Assembly (NCBI GenBank): GCA_001552015.1
Contig: CP010514.1
Location: 573,888 to 605,887 of the forward strand
DNA length: 32,000 nt
Reading direction: 5' to 3'
Origin: Candidatus Nanopusillus acidilobi
GTDB taxonomy: Archaea > Nanobdellota > Nanobdellia > Nanobdellales > Nanobdellaceae
The notes under the pieces are model-generated. The model worked only from the letters and a program-made list of their open reading frames with translations. It searched no databases and was not told the origin of the DNA. The first letter of the stretch is position 1; the number at the start of each line of letters is the position of its first letter. Shown here in pieces: positions 17,661 to 26,215 of the stretch. The position numbers were made by a program, and so were the translations under genes.

Positions 17661-18284
17661 TCACTTTATTTTTGCCTTTTTATCATATATTTCAATTAAT
17701 TTTACTTCTCTTGCAACATTTAGAACTTTTGCTTTATTTATTATATCCTCTAAACCTCCGGCTTCATGTATATGTCCATGTATATTTAAAATAACTCTAT
17801 CATTATTTTCAATGAATTTTCTTAATTCATAACTACCAGAAATACCTAAAGATGACATAGAATCTTTTGGAGGAATATGGGTGAATAAAATAATATATTT
17901 ATCATTGAATTTCTCTTTTAATTCATTTAAAAAGCTTTCAAATTCTTTTTCATCAATTATATTAAACAATACATCGGATCCTCCAAATCCGACTAATACA
18001 AAATTATCCTTTATTATATATTTTTTATCTAAATTTCTTATTTTATATATTTTTTCTAATAATTTTATATCTTCAGATGTTTCATGGTTTCCTGGTATTA
18101 TTAAAATTTTGTTTGGATCTATATATTCTGTTAACTTTTTTATTAGTCCTCTTTCTATTTCTCCTAATTCTGCTATATCTCCCAAAATTACTATATAATC
18201 TGGTCTTTCCTTTTTATATAATTCTATTATTTTATATACCATTTCGAAATCATTATGTATATCAGATGAAACTATTAGCTTCAT
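17661..18284 (-). CDS. Calcineurin-like metallophosphoesterase (YfcE/MJ0936-type)
   Basis: The motifs SSDIHND, ILGDIAE, GNHE and GHIHEAGG appear in the canonical order. Confidence 0.8.
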   Translation of the reverse strand: MKLIVSSDIHNDFEMVYKIIELYKKERPDYIVILGDIAELGEIERGLIKKLTEYIDPNKILIIPGNHETSEDIKLLEKIYKIRNLDKKYIIKDNFVLVGFGGSDVLFNIIDEKEFESFLNELKEKFNDKYIILFTHIPPKDSMSSLGISGSYELRKFIENNDRVILNIHGHIHEAGGLEDIINKAKVLNVAREVKLIEIYDKKAKIK

Positions 18285-18291
18285 AATATAT

Positions 18292-19251
18292 TTATATATA
18301 CCATTCTTTTTTATTTTTTATATAGGATATCAAAAATTCTTTTAATTTATTATAATCATAAAAAATATTCATATTATTATAATTATAATTTTTAATAAAT
18401 TCATTAAGTATTTTTTCTTCTCTTTCTGTAAAAAGATCTTTTTTAGAGAAATATAATATTATTTCTTTATTAAATATCTTTTTTATCATATTTAATAGAT
18501 TTACCTGTTCTTCAATACTATATCCACATGTTTCAGTCAAATCAAAAATATATATAATCAAATTTGCAAGATAATTTAATGCCAATATTGATTTTTTCTC
18601 TATTTCATTCATTTCTTCTATTGGTCTATCTAAAATTCCTGGTGTATCAATTACCTGTATATCAAAATATGGTGTTTTAATATATCCTATCATTAAATCT
18701 TTTGTTGTAAATGGATATGGCTCAATTTTAACATTTGATCCTGTCAAATTTTTTAATAATGTACTTTTTCCAACATTTGGTAAACCTGAAATAACAACTG
18801 TAGGCAAATTTTTAATATTCGGAATTTTTCTTCTTCTATTTAAATAAATATTATAATATTTAAATATTATCCAATTTCTTCTTAATATACTAGATATTCT
18901 TCCATAAAATTCCCTTCTATATTTTTCTATTAATTTTTTATCTTTTGTTAACTTTATATCATCTTTATACTTTAAATAAACTTGTTTTATTATTTTTCTT
19001 ATATATTTTATCCTTTCTCTTAATTTCTTTATATTTATATCTGCAAATAACAATTTATATAATTCTTTATAGAATTTGTTTTCAGGTAAAAATATATCAT
19101 TATATATTTTTTCTAATTTATCATCAATATATTGATATATTGTTTGTAATTTTACAATATTTCTTTCTTTTATATCATAAAATTGATTACCATTATTCTT
19201 TGCTCTTTTAAATGCAGATGATAATAATTCTTCTACAAATTTATATTTCAT
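18292..19251 (-). CDS. NOG1-family GTPase (archaeal nucleolar GTP-binding protein 1 homologue)
   Basis: G1 is GLPNVGKST, G2 is PFTT and G3 is DTPGILDRP. An N-terminal helical NOG1-like domain is present. Confidence 0.85.
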   Translation of the reverse strand: MKYKFVEELLSSAFKRAKNNGNQFYDIKERNIVKLQTIYQYIDDKLEKIYNDIFLPENKFYKELYKLLFADINIKKLRERIKYIRKIIKQVYLKYKDDIKLTKDKKLIEKYRREFYGRISSILRRNWIIFKYYNIYLNRRRKIPNIKNLPTVVISGLPNVGKSTLLKNLTGSNVKIEPYPFTTKDLMIGYIKTPYFDIQVIDTPGILDRPIEEMNEIEKKSILALNYLANLIIYIFDLTETCGYSIEEQVNLLNMIKKIFNKEIILYFSKKDLFTEREEKILNEFIKNYNYNNMNIFYDYNKLKEFLISYIKNKKEWYI

Positions 19252-19280
19252 AAAAATTTATATTATAAAAAATTAAAAAA

Positions 19281-19724
19281 CTATTCTAAATTAATTTTCT
19301 TTCCTTCATGGCCTGGTTTTTTCCCTATTTCAATCCTTAATACTCCATTTTCATATTTTGCCTTTATAGAATTCTCATCTGCATCTTCTGGTAATGGAAT
19401 TATCCTTCTATATCCTGAAAATACTCTTTCCGACATTATATAGTTCTCATCTTTTTCTTCCTTTTCAATTTTTCTTGATGCTACAATTTTTAGATGATGA
19501 TCTACTAAGGTAACATCTATATCCTTCTTATCAACTCCAGGTAAATCAATTTCTACTAAATATTTATCTCCTTTATCTACTACATCTACTGCAGGTACTT
19601 CATATTCAAAGTTAAATCTTAATCCCTTTCTTGCTCTATTGAATATTTTTCTCCATAATCTCATCTGTCTAGCAAATTCTCTCCTAATTTCGTCATATAT
19701 GTCATTAAAGTCATCTGTGTCCAT
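19281..19724 (-). CDS. Small heat-shock protein, Hsp20/alpha-crystallin family
   Basis: PAVDVVDKGDKYLVEIDLPGVDKKDIDVTL...YENGVLRIEI is a canonical ACD. Confidence 0.93.
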   Translation of the reverse strand: MDTDDFNDIYDEIRREFARQMRLWRKIFNRARKGLRFNFEYEVPAVDVVDKGDKYLVEIDLPGVDKKDIDVTLVDHHLKIVASRKIEKEEKDENYIMSERVFSGYRRIIPLPEDADENSIKAKYENGVLRIEIGKKPGHEGKKINLE

Positions 19725-19728
19725 AATA

Positions 19729-20610
19729 TTATTTTTTCTTTAATGGTTTATAAGATAATAAAGACGCATAATCAACAACATTCTTTTCATCATTATTTAT
19801 TTCAGATGATAAAATATGATTTATTAGATCTATCTTTCCTTTATATAATTTTGTATATTCTATAAAGAATAAAAATGGATATTTTCCGCAAAATATTTTA
19901 CTATCTACTTCCAATTTATATAATTTTTCAGAATCTAAATTTAATGTATATTTTATTATTTTTTCAGATTCTTTTTTTACATTTTTAGATATATTCTCTT
20001 TATATATAATATTTCCATAAAATTCTCCATGATGATATAAATTTCCAGTGGATATTAATATTATTTTTCTATCTAATTCTTTTGATAATTCTTTTAATAA
20101 TTTAACAAAATCTTTTATCATTTCTAATTCAATATCTTTTACAATTATTGGAACAATCTTTACTTTATCTTTAAATAAATATCTTAATATGGGTAATTGA
20201 ACTTCAATTGAATATTCATATCTAGATAATATTGGATTTTCATATGAATCATAATTATTTAATATTTTTCTAGCAAATTCTACATCTGTTCTAATTATAC
20301 CAAAAGGAGTATACCAATCGTCAATTATCAAATTTATTTTTTGACCAATATTATAATGATTTGGACCAATAATTATTATTGTATCAAAATCAAAATTCTC
20401 ATATAATTCTTTATATAATTTTATAGAAACTGGTAAAAAGTATTCATAACTTGCATGTGGAACAATACCAGAAATTATATTTTTTTCCTTTTTTATATTT
20501 TTTGGAATATACCCAGGTCCATATCTTTTATCCATAAAGTATTGTTCGATTTGAGAAAGTAAATCAGAAGAATCAAATGAATAAAATCCCTTTGCTTTCA
20601 TAAATTGCAT
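19729..20610 (-). CDS. MEMO1 / AmmeMemoRadiSam system protein B family
   Basis: GIVPHASYEY and IIIIGPNH match the Memo-like (DUF52) metal-site motifs. Confidence 0.8.
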   Translation of the reverse strand: MQFMKAKGFYSFDSSDLLSQIEQYFMDKRYGPGYIPKNIKKEKNIISGIVPHASYEYFLPVSIKLYKELYENFDFDTIIIIGPNHYNIGQKINLIIDDWYTPFGIIRTDVEFARKILNNYDSYENPILSRYEYSIEVQLPILRYLFKDKVKIVPIIVKDIELEMIKDFVKLLKELSKELDRKIILISTGNLYHHGEFYGNIIYKENISKNVKKESEKIIKYTLNLDSEKLYKLEVDSKIFCGKYPFLFFIEYTKLYKGKIDLINHILSSEINNDEKNVVDYASLLSYKPLKKK

Positions 20611-20661
20611 AATTTTATTTTGAAATTATAATTTATTAATTTTTTTAGCATTTTTATTGTT

Positions 20662-21477
20662 ATGATTGCTGGATTAGAGATACATCAACAAATTGATACA
20701 AAAGAAAAACTATTTTGTAATTGTCCTACGAACTTAAGTGATAAATATGATTATAGAATTGAAAGAAAATTGAGAGCAACATTGAGTGAAATTGGGAAAA
20801 AGGATATTGCTGCAGAATATGAGACTATGAAGGATAAAAAATATATATATGAATATTCTAAAGATTATTCTTGTTTAGTTGAACTTGATGAAGAACCTCC
20901 ACATTTAATTAATATTGAAGCACTAAAATTTGGAATATTAATTTCAACTTTTTTTAATATGTATATTCCAAAGGTTTTACAGGTTATGAGAAAAATTGTT
21001 GTAGATGGATCAAATACATCTGGTTTTCAAAGAACATTATTATTATCATTAAATGGAGAATTAAAATATAAAGATAAAAAAATAAGTATTGGAACAATTT
21101 GTATTGAAGAAGATGCTGCAAGAAAAAATGAAGAAGGAGAAGATTACATAATTTATAGATTGGATAGATTGGGAATACCATTAATAGAAATATCTACAGG
21201 TCCTGATTTAAAAGATCCAAAAGAAGTAAAGGAAGTAGCTGAATATATTGGATTAATATTAAGATTAACTGAAAAAGTAAAAAGAGGATTGGGAACTATT
21301 AGACAGGATGTAAATATATCAATAGAAGGAGGAGAAAAAATTGAAATAAAGGGCGTACAGAATTTAAAAATAATAGATAAAGTTTGCGAACTTGAAGTAA
21401 AAAGACAAGAAAGAATGATAGAATGGAAAAAAATTATGAATGAAAGAGGTATTGAAGGATACGAATTAATAGAATAG
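20662..21477 (+). CDS. gatE: Glu-tRNA(Gln) amidotransferase subunit E, N-terminal half only (271 aa)
   Basis: GLEIHQQIDTKEKLFCNCPT, LVELDEEPP, MRKIVVDGSNTSGFQRT, LDRLGIPLIEIST and KRGLGTIRQDVNISI are collinear with the first ~285 aa of GatE. From memory GatE is ~620 aa. The ORF stops where the AspRS-like insertion domain would begin. Confidence 0.85.
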   Translation: MIAGLEIHQQIDTKEKLFCNCPTNLSDKYDYRIERKLRATLSEIGKKDIAAEYETMKDKKYIYEYSKDYSCLVELDEEPPHLINIEALKFGILISTFFNMYIPKVLQVMRKIVVDGSNTSGFQRTLLLSLNGELKYKDKKISIGTICIEEDAARKNEEGEDYIIYRLDRLGIPLIEISTGPDLKDPKEVKEVAEYIGLILRLTEKVKRGLGTIRQDVNISIEGGEKIEIKGVQNLKIIDKVCELEVKRQERMIEWKKIMNERGIEGYELIE

Positions 21478-21508
21478 ATTTATATTTTTTAATAGATCAT
21501 AATTCTTA

Positions 21509-21990
21509 ATGAAAACTCAATTTGGAACAATTCTTGTAGAAATTATATTATTTATAGTTGCTGGTATTGCTGCTTATATATTTGTTTCTACTGCATATAA
21601 TAATTTAAATGGAATAAGCAATGCTGCAGTTGCAAATTCTAAATCATTACAAAATCAATTAAATACATATATTACATTAGATTCATGTGCATATAATAGT
21701 ACTACAAATTTATTATATTTCTATGTAACAAATAGAGGAAGTGTTTGTATTAAATCAAAATCTAACATTATTATTTATTAATGGAGAACTAATAAATAAT
21801 ACTCAAAATATATATTGCAAATAGTTATACTGGTACTTCTGCTTGGGGTCCATATGATACAATTGCAATTGTTACAAATATTTCTATAGTAACAAACTTT
21901 TATCAAGTAAGAATTGTAGCATCTACTGGGGCATATACAGAGAATACAATATATATTAATACAACTGCAAGTACATGTACAATAGAATGA
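21509..21990 (+). pseudogene. Archaellum FlaG/FlaF-like (archaellin-fold) protein interrupted by two +1 frameshifts
   Basis: Frame 2 gives MKTQFGTILVEIILFIVAGIAAYIF...YVTNRGSV. Frame 3 gives LNQNLTLLFINGELINNTQNIY. Frame 1 gives IANSYTGTSAWGPYDTIAIVTNISIVTNFYQVRIVASTGAYTENTIYINTTASTCTIE. Joined, they make a ~160-aa TM-helix plus beta-domain protein with the ...N.G...L....(F/V).(I/V)NG pattern. Confidence 0.45.
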
Positions 21991-22434
21991 GATCTGATTT
22001 AGGATCAATTATTGGAGCAATTATTGGATTCGTTATTTTTATTGTTTCTTCATCAGTTTTATATTTAATTTTAAATAATTATTATAAAAAACTTTTATTA
22101 TACGGCAAATTCAATAGATAATCAAATAAAAAATATTGTTGGAGAAAGTATAAAATTTTTAAATAATCAAACAAACTATTCAAATCCTTATTTAATTATA
22201 TATAATAATGGAAATAAGGCATTGGATTTATCATGTTTTCAATTATATGTTAATGGATATTTCTCTCCATTTAATTATTCTATAAATTATTTATATTCAT
22301 CAAATTTATTATTGCCTGGAGAAAATGCAACAATATATTTTAATAATAATTATTTAGTAAATAATTCATGGAATTATATAATATTGGTATCTTGTTATGG
22401 GGTTAAGTTTCAAACTTTAATATATGCTAATTAA
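21987..22434 (+). pseudogene. Archaellum FlaF/FlaG-like protein interrupted by one frameshift in an A6 run
   Basis: MRSDLGSIIGAIIGFVIFIVSSSVLYLILNNYYKK stops 10 codons after the A-run at 22086-22091. The next frame continues FYYTANSIDNQIKNIVGESIKFLNN...YNNGNKALDLSCFQLYVNGYF...IYAN. The start overlaps the preceding stop (ATGA). Confidence 0.5.
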
Positions 22435-22444
22435 TTAATATAAT

Positions 22445-24055
22445 ATGAGATTACAATCTGAAATGATTATAGCATTAATATTGTTAATAGTAGGAGCTCT
22501 TGCTACTGTAATAATATACAATATAATATCTCCAAATTTAAATATAATAAATCCTTCTGGACAGGAAATTTCAAGATCTTTAGAATTAAATTTCCAATTA
22601 TTAGATTATTTTATAGTAAATAATACATTATATGCATATGTAAAACCCTCAGAACCAGTTAATTATTCTCAAGTATTTGCAATTTTAAATGATAGATTAG
22701 TTAATGTTTATCCTTATAATTCAAATGGATCAATTGTAAATCCATATAATAATGGTTTATTAATTGTTGTTGCAAATTTATCTCAAATTCCTCCAGATCA
22801 AAATGGAAATTATAAATTAGAAGTTGGATTAGAAAATGATATAATTGGAGTATTTGATATAAAATATATTTCTAATTCATTAATTAATTATTTTCAACCT
22901 CCAATTGTTTTTAATATATCGGTCATATCAACCTCCCTTACATGTCAATTACCATATTTACCTTTAATATTATACAATAGTCAATCTATTCCAACTCCTT
23001 CTCCTTTTCAACAGGATATTGCAATATGTAATGGAACAATTAATATTGGTAATAGTTTTGCATATGTAAATAATGCAACATTATTTAATGAAATAAATAG
23101 AAATGGATCTAATGTATACTTTACAACAACCTGTAATAGTACCCCAAATATATATTCATGGTATGAAGGTCAATTAATTAATGGAAGTACATATTGTGAT
23201 GTTTGGTGGATAAATTTATCTAATGGAATTCCTGCTAATTCAAATATTACAATATATATGTATATAGGAAATAGTAGTGATAATTATTATTCCCAATATT
23301 ATCCATATGTTGGTACTTCTCCTCAAGTAATTTCAGGATATGATAATGGTCAAGATGTATTTATAGCATATGGATATTTTAACAATACATTTGATGGATG
23401 GAGTAGATATGTTTATTCAGGATCATTTTCTCCAACAGCAACTTCAAATGGTATTGAAATGATAAATAATAATGGTGGTGAAGGTACATATATTTTACCT
23501 CCAAATAATGAAAATATTCCAGAAATACCTTTAATTGTTGAAGAAGCCTGGTATCATACTCAAAGTGCAGATGCAAATACTATATCCTTATTTGGAAATA
23601 CAAATAGTCAGGTAGATGTAACTAATATAGGAGGTACAGACGGTGGTTCCACACCAGCATCTAGTTCATCTACATTTGTACAATTTGAATATTATGGTGG
23701 ACAACCATATGTTATGTTAAAATCTGCAGTAACAGATCAATATTTAAGTTATACATCTTTCCCAACATCTGGTGGAACTGTTTATTCATATTTAATAGTT
23801 AATTCTACATATGCACAAACAGGATATTATATTTATAATTCTAATCAAGTATGGGCTCCTTTAACATTATTAGATACATATAATATAAATTATAATGGAT
23901 ATACATATTATAATTTAAATTATAATCCTTTCCAATATGGTACATTAGAAATTGGTGCAGGAACTGGTGGAGCTGCTTCATACCAATATGAAGAATGGGT
24001 TGTTGCTAGAGCATATCCTCCAAATGGTGTAATGCCTTCAATTTATATTGGTTAA
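22445..24055 (+). CDS. Large pilin-anchored surface protein: N-terminal hydrophobic pilin/archaellin-like segment plus DUF2341-like plus ConA/LamG-like lectin domain
   Basis: The N-terminus is MRLQSEMIIALILLIVGALATVIIYN. The middle segment ...NVYFTT...YSWYEG...CDVWWINLSNGIPANSNITIYMYIGNSS resembles the DUF2341 signature (..YWIE...VWVKVP.IPA...IYMYYGN). The C-terminus ...FDGW...YEEWVVARAYPPNG resembles the lectin-fold tail of such proteins. N-x-S/T sequons are very dense. Confidence 0.6.
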   Translation: MRLQSEMIIALILLIVGALATVIIYNIISPNLNIINPSGQEISRSLELNFQLLDYFIVNNTLYAYVKPSEPVNYSQVFAILNDRLVNVYPYNSNGSIVNPYNNGLLIVVANLSQIPPDQNGNYKLEVGLENDIIGVFDIKYISNSLINYFQPPIVFNISVISTSLTCQLPYLPLILYNSQSIPTPSPFQQDIAICNGTINIGNSFAYVNNATLFNEINRNGSNVYFTTTCNSTPNIYSWYEGQLINGSTYCDVWWINLSNGIPANSNITIYMYIGNSSDNYYSQYYPYVGTSPQVISGYDNGQDVFIAYGYFNNTFDGWSRYVYSGSFSPTATSNGIEMINNNGGEGTYILPPNNENIPEIPLIVEEAWYHTQSADANTISLFGNTNSQVDVTNIGGTDGGSTPASSSSTFVQFEYYGGQPYVMLKSAVTDQYLSYTSFPTSGGTVYSYLIVNSTYAQTGYYIYNSNQVWAPLTLLDTYNINYNGYTYYNLNYNPFQYGTLEIGAGTGGAASYQYEEWVVARAYPPNGVMPSIYIG

Positions 24056-24081
24056 AAATATAAATGATAAATAATTTTTAT

Positions 24082-24154
24082 GGTCCGGGTAGCCTAGTGG
24101 TAAGGCGTCGGGCTGTGGACCCGAAGATCGCGGGTTCGAATCCCGCCCCGGACC
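24082..24154 (+). tRNA. tRNA-His (GUG) with genomically encoded G-1
   Basis: G-1 is followed by GUCCGGG, which pairs with CCCGGAC, and G-1 sits opposite C73. The anticodon loop is CUGUGGA and the T arm is GCGGG-UUCGAAU-CCCGC. Confidence 0.95.
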
Positions 24155-25087
24155 CTAATGAGTTTCCCAGCCAACAGTTTTTTCAAATCCTAAAATTTTC
24201 TTAATATAACTTTCTAACAATAATTTTTCTTTATTTGTTATTTTACATAAATTATGGGCCATTTTTAATCCTCTTGGATAAGATTTCTGATCATAAATAA
24301 CTTCTTTTATTATTTCTTTAAATTTTTCTTTTCCAATTTTTTCCATTCCTTCTAATCTATATATATGATCATTATATCTTGCCCTAAAGTATATTAAATA
24401 TAAATTTTTGTTACAAAATGGACAATTTGGAATTTTTGAACCTAAAAATTCTTTTATTTGTTTTTCTTTAATATCTGTATAAAATATTTCTGATGGAAAA
24501 ATTCTCATCAATGTTAGTAAATCTGATCTACCTGTTTTTATTATATCTAAATTTAATATTCTCTTTGCAACTGCCAATAAATTTCCATTATTTATTAAAT
24601 ATTCAAAGTTTTCTAAAAATTCTTTTCTTCTATTTTCAACATTCTCATCATAAAAATTATACAGAAATTTTGAATATAATATGGAATCTGATATTATTGA
24701 TCCATCTATAAATATATATCTATCAGAATATTTTCTTGCCAATCTATATTCTAAATTTTTTGATAATAATTCTGAAATATCTTGAATGTCGAAATTTTCA
24801 TTATTCATCGATCTTATAAAAGATGTTTCGAAAAATTCTATATCTTCTATACTTTCATATATATCATCAGAAACAATTACTGCTCTTGAATATACATAAC
24901 TATAAGGTCCGACAATACCATTTACAAGAGAAGAGTCTATAAATCCATATTTTTTCTTTTCTTTTATCTCAATATTATCCAAATCTAATTTTTCAATATT
25001 AATTTTTTCTTCCTTATTATTTTCTTCATCTTTTTTTATTTGATTGATTTTTTGATTTATCTTTTCTAATAAATTTTTTGTTAACAT
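24155..25087 (-). CDS. nurA: NurA-domain 5'-3' nuclease (DNA end-resection)
   Basis: YGFIDSS and IFIDGSI are the two Asp-containing NurA motifs, followed by LAVAKR and a C-terminal MAHN. The stop codon abuts the 3' end of tRNA-His. Confidence 0.6.
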   Translation of the reverse strand: MLTKNLLEKINQKINQIKKDEENNKEEKINIEKLDLDNIEIKEKKKYGFIDSSLVNGIVGPYSYVYSRAVIVSDDIYESIEDIEFFETSFIRSMNNENFDIQDISELLSKNLEYRLARKYSDRYIFIDGSIISDSILYSKFLYNFYDENVENRRKEFLENFEYLINNGNLLAVAKRILNLDIIKTGRSDLLTLMRIFPSEIFYTDIKEKQIKEFLGSKIPNCPFCNKNLYLIYFRARYNDHIYRLEGMEKIGKEKFKEIIKEVIYDQKSYPRGLKMAHNLCKITNKEKLLLESYIKKILGFEKTVGWETH

Positions 25088-25123
25088 AAAAATATTTTTA
25101 TATTAAATTATATTAAATATGTA

Positions 25124-25183
25124 TCCCCCGCTTAGACGAACCAATATGAAAAGATGAGTATTGGTAACGATGGGCGGGGGACA
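25124..25183 (+). ncRNA. H/ACA-box guide-RNA-like hairpin (single hairpin plus ACA)
   Basis: A 7-bp G:C-rich lower stem (25125-25131 / 25174-25180) encloses a symmetric 9+9-nt internal loop. A 6-bp upper stem CCAAUA/UAUUGG carries the 12-nt apical loop UGAAAAGAUGAG, whose GA motifs are K-loop-like. ACA at 25181-25183 lies 16 nt after the upper stem. Confidence 0.5.
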
Positions 25184-25188
25184 TTTAT

Positions 25189-25272
25189 GCCGCGGTGCCC
25201 GAGCGGACCAAGGGGTATGGCTGGAGACCATATCCCCGAAAGGGGACGTGGGTTCAAATCCCACCCGCGGCG
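25189..25272 (+). tRNA. tRNA-Ser (GGA), class II
   Basis: Acceptor GCCGCGG/CCGCGGC plus G73. The anticodon stem UAUGG/CCAUA carries loop CUGGAGA. The variable arm is UCCCCGAAAGGGGAC and the T arm is GUGGG-UUCAAAU-CCCAC. A T-tract follows. Confidence 0.95.
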
Positions 25273-25408
25273 GATTTTGCTTAAACTATTTTCATCTGTA
25301 AGTAAATTATTAATTACGTAAATCTTTAGTTAAAACCATACACTATAGGCAATCTATCTTAAAGGTGATAAAGTAAAATTTATAAATGTTTACTATTATT
25401 ATTATTAT

Positions 25409-26215
25409 ATGGTCATGACAACAATAAAAGATACATTTCAAAAGGCTACGAATCCATTTCGTAAAGCAATAGATGATAGATGGCAGTATCTTTCAGATGA
25501 CGATAGAAGAGAAATAGCAAGATATCTAGCAGATAAGAAAGATATAATAGAACGTTACTTTTATACTATCAATAAGAATAATAGTGATAAAGTACTAGAT
25601 TCTATTGAACAATTTGCACGTCTTAAAGGATCTTCTATAGATCTACCTACTATATCTCAGTATTTTGATATGCTAGAAAACCTTGATAAAATAATAGAAG
25701 AAATAGATAAAGGTTTCTTCAATTCTTTACCCAAATATAATAATGTAGTAAAACCAAACAACTATTATATGGAAATCGCATTTGACATAGATGGAAATCC
25801 AAAAGATCAAAAAGGAACTTTAGTTGATATATTAAAAAAGCTAATAGGAAACGTCGGAGCTAGAGGTTATCCTATATCTTATTATAACGGAACTGACAAC
25901 TTTCCAATACAATATTATATGGAATTCTATCCAGATCGAACTCACATAAGAATTTTCATTCATACATCCTATATACCCCCAGCTATAGTAGGTTATTTAC
26001 TTTATGAGCTAAACAATATTAAAGGAAAAGAATCAATAATACCTCCAAGCGGACAACAATATCATATTATTAATAATGTAGCAGGAATTATTAATAATCG
26101 CATAGGAATAGACATAGATCAACGTATAGCTTCTTATGCCGGCCAAGCTCTTTGGCAATATAGTTTCTTATATAGATTTTTTAGGGTAGAAGAAATTCCG
26201 TATTGGATTACTTAA
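25409..26215 (+). CDS. Orphan 268-aa protein with atypical (foreign-looking) codon usage
   Basis: A long ORF flanked by 136-nt and 181-nt noncoding spacers. Six in-frame CGN Arg codons occur (25460, 25553, 25619, 25937, 26099, 26123), whereas Arg elsewhere in the window is almost always AGA/AGG. Acidic motifs are IAFDIDGNP and IGIDIDQRI. Confidence 0.6.
   Translation: MVMTTIKDTFQKATNPFRKAIDDRWQYLSDDDRREIARYLADKKDIIERYFYTINKNNSDKVLDSIEQFARLKGSSIDLPTISQYFDMLENLDKIIEEIDKGFFNSLPKYNNVVKPNNYYMEIAFDIDGNPKDQKGTLVDILKKLIGNVGARGYPISYYNGTDNFPIQYYMEFYPDRTHIRIFIHTSYIPPAIVGYLLYELNNIKGKESIIPPSGQQYHIINNVAGIINNRIGIDIDQRIASYAGQALWQYSFLYRFFRVEEIPYWIT

Noticed and set aside
21478-21508. A possible continuation of gatE in another frame, that is, a frameshift rather than a split gene.
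   Set aside because: The 31-nt spacer has stops in all three forward frames. The next ORF is clearly an unrelated TM/archaellin-like protein, and no GatE insertion-domain or tail motifs appear downstream.
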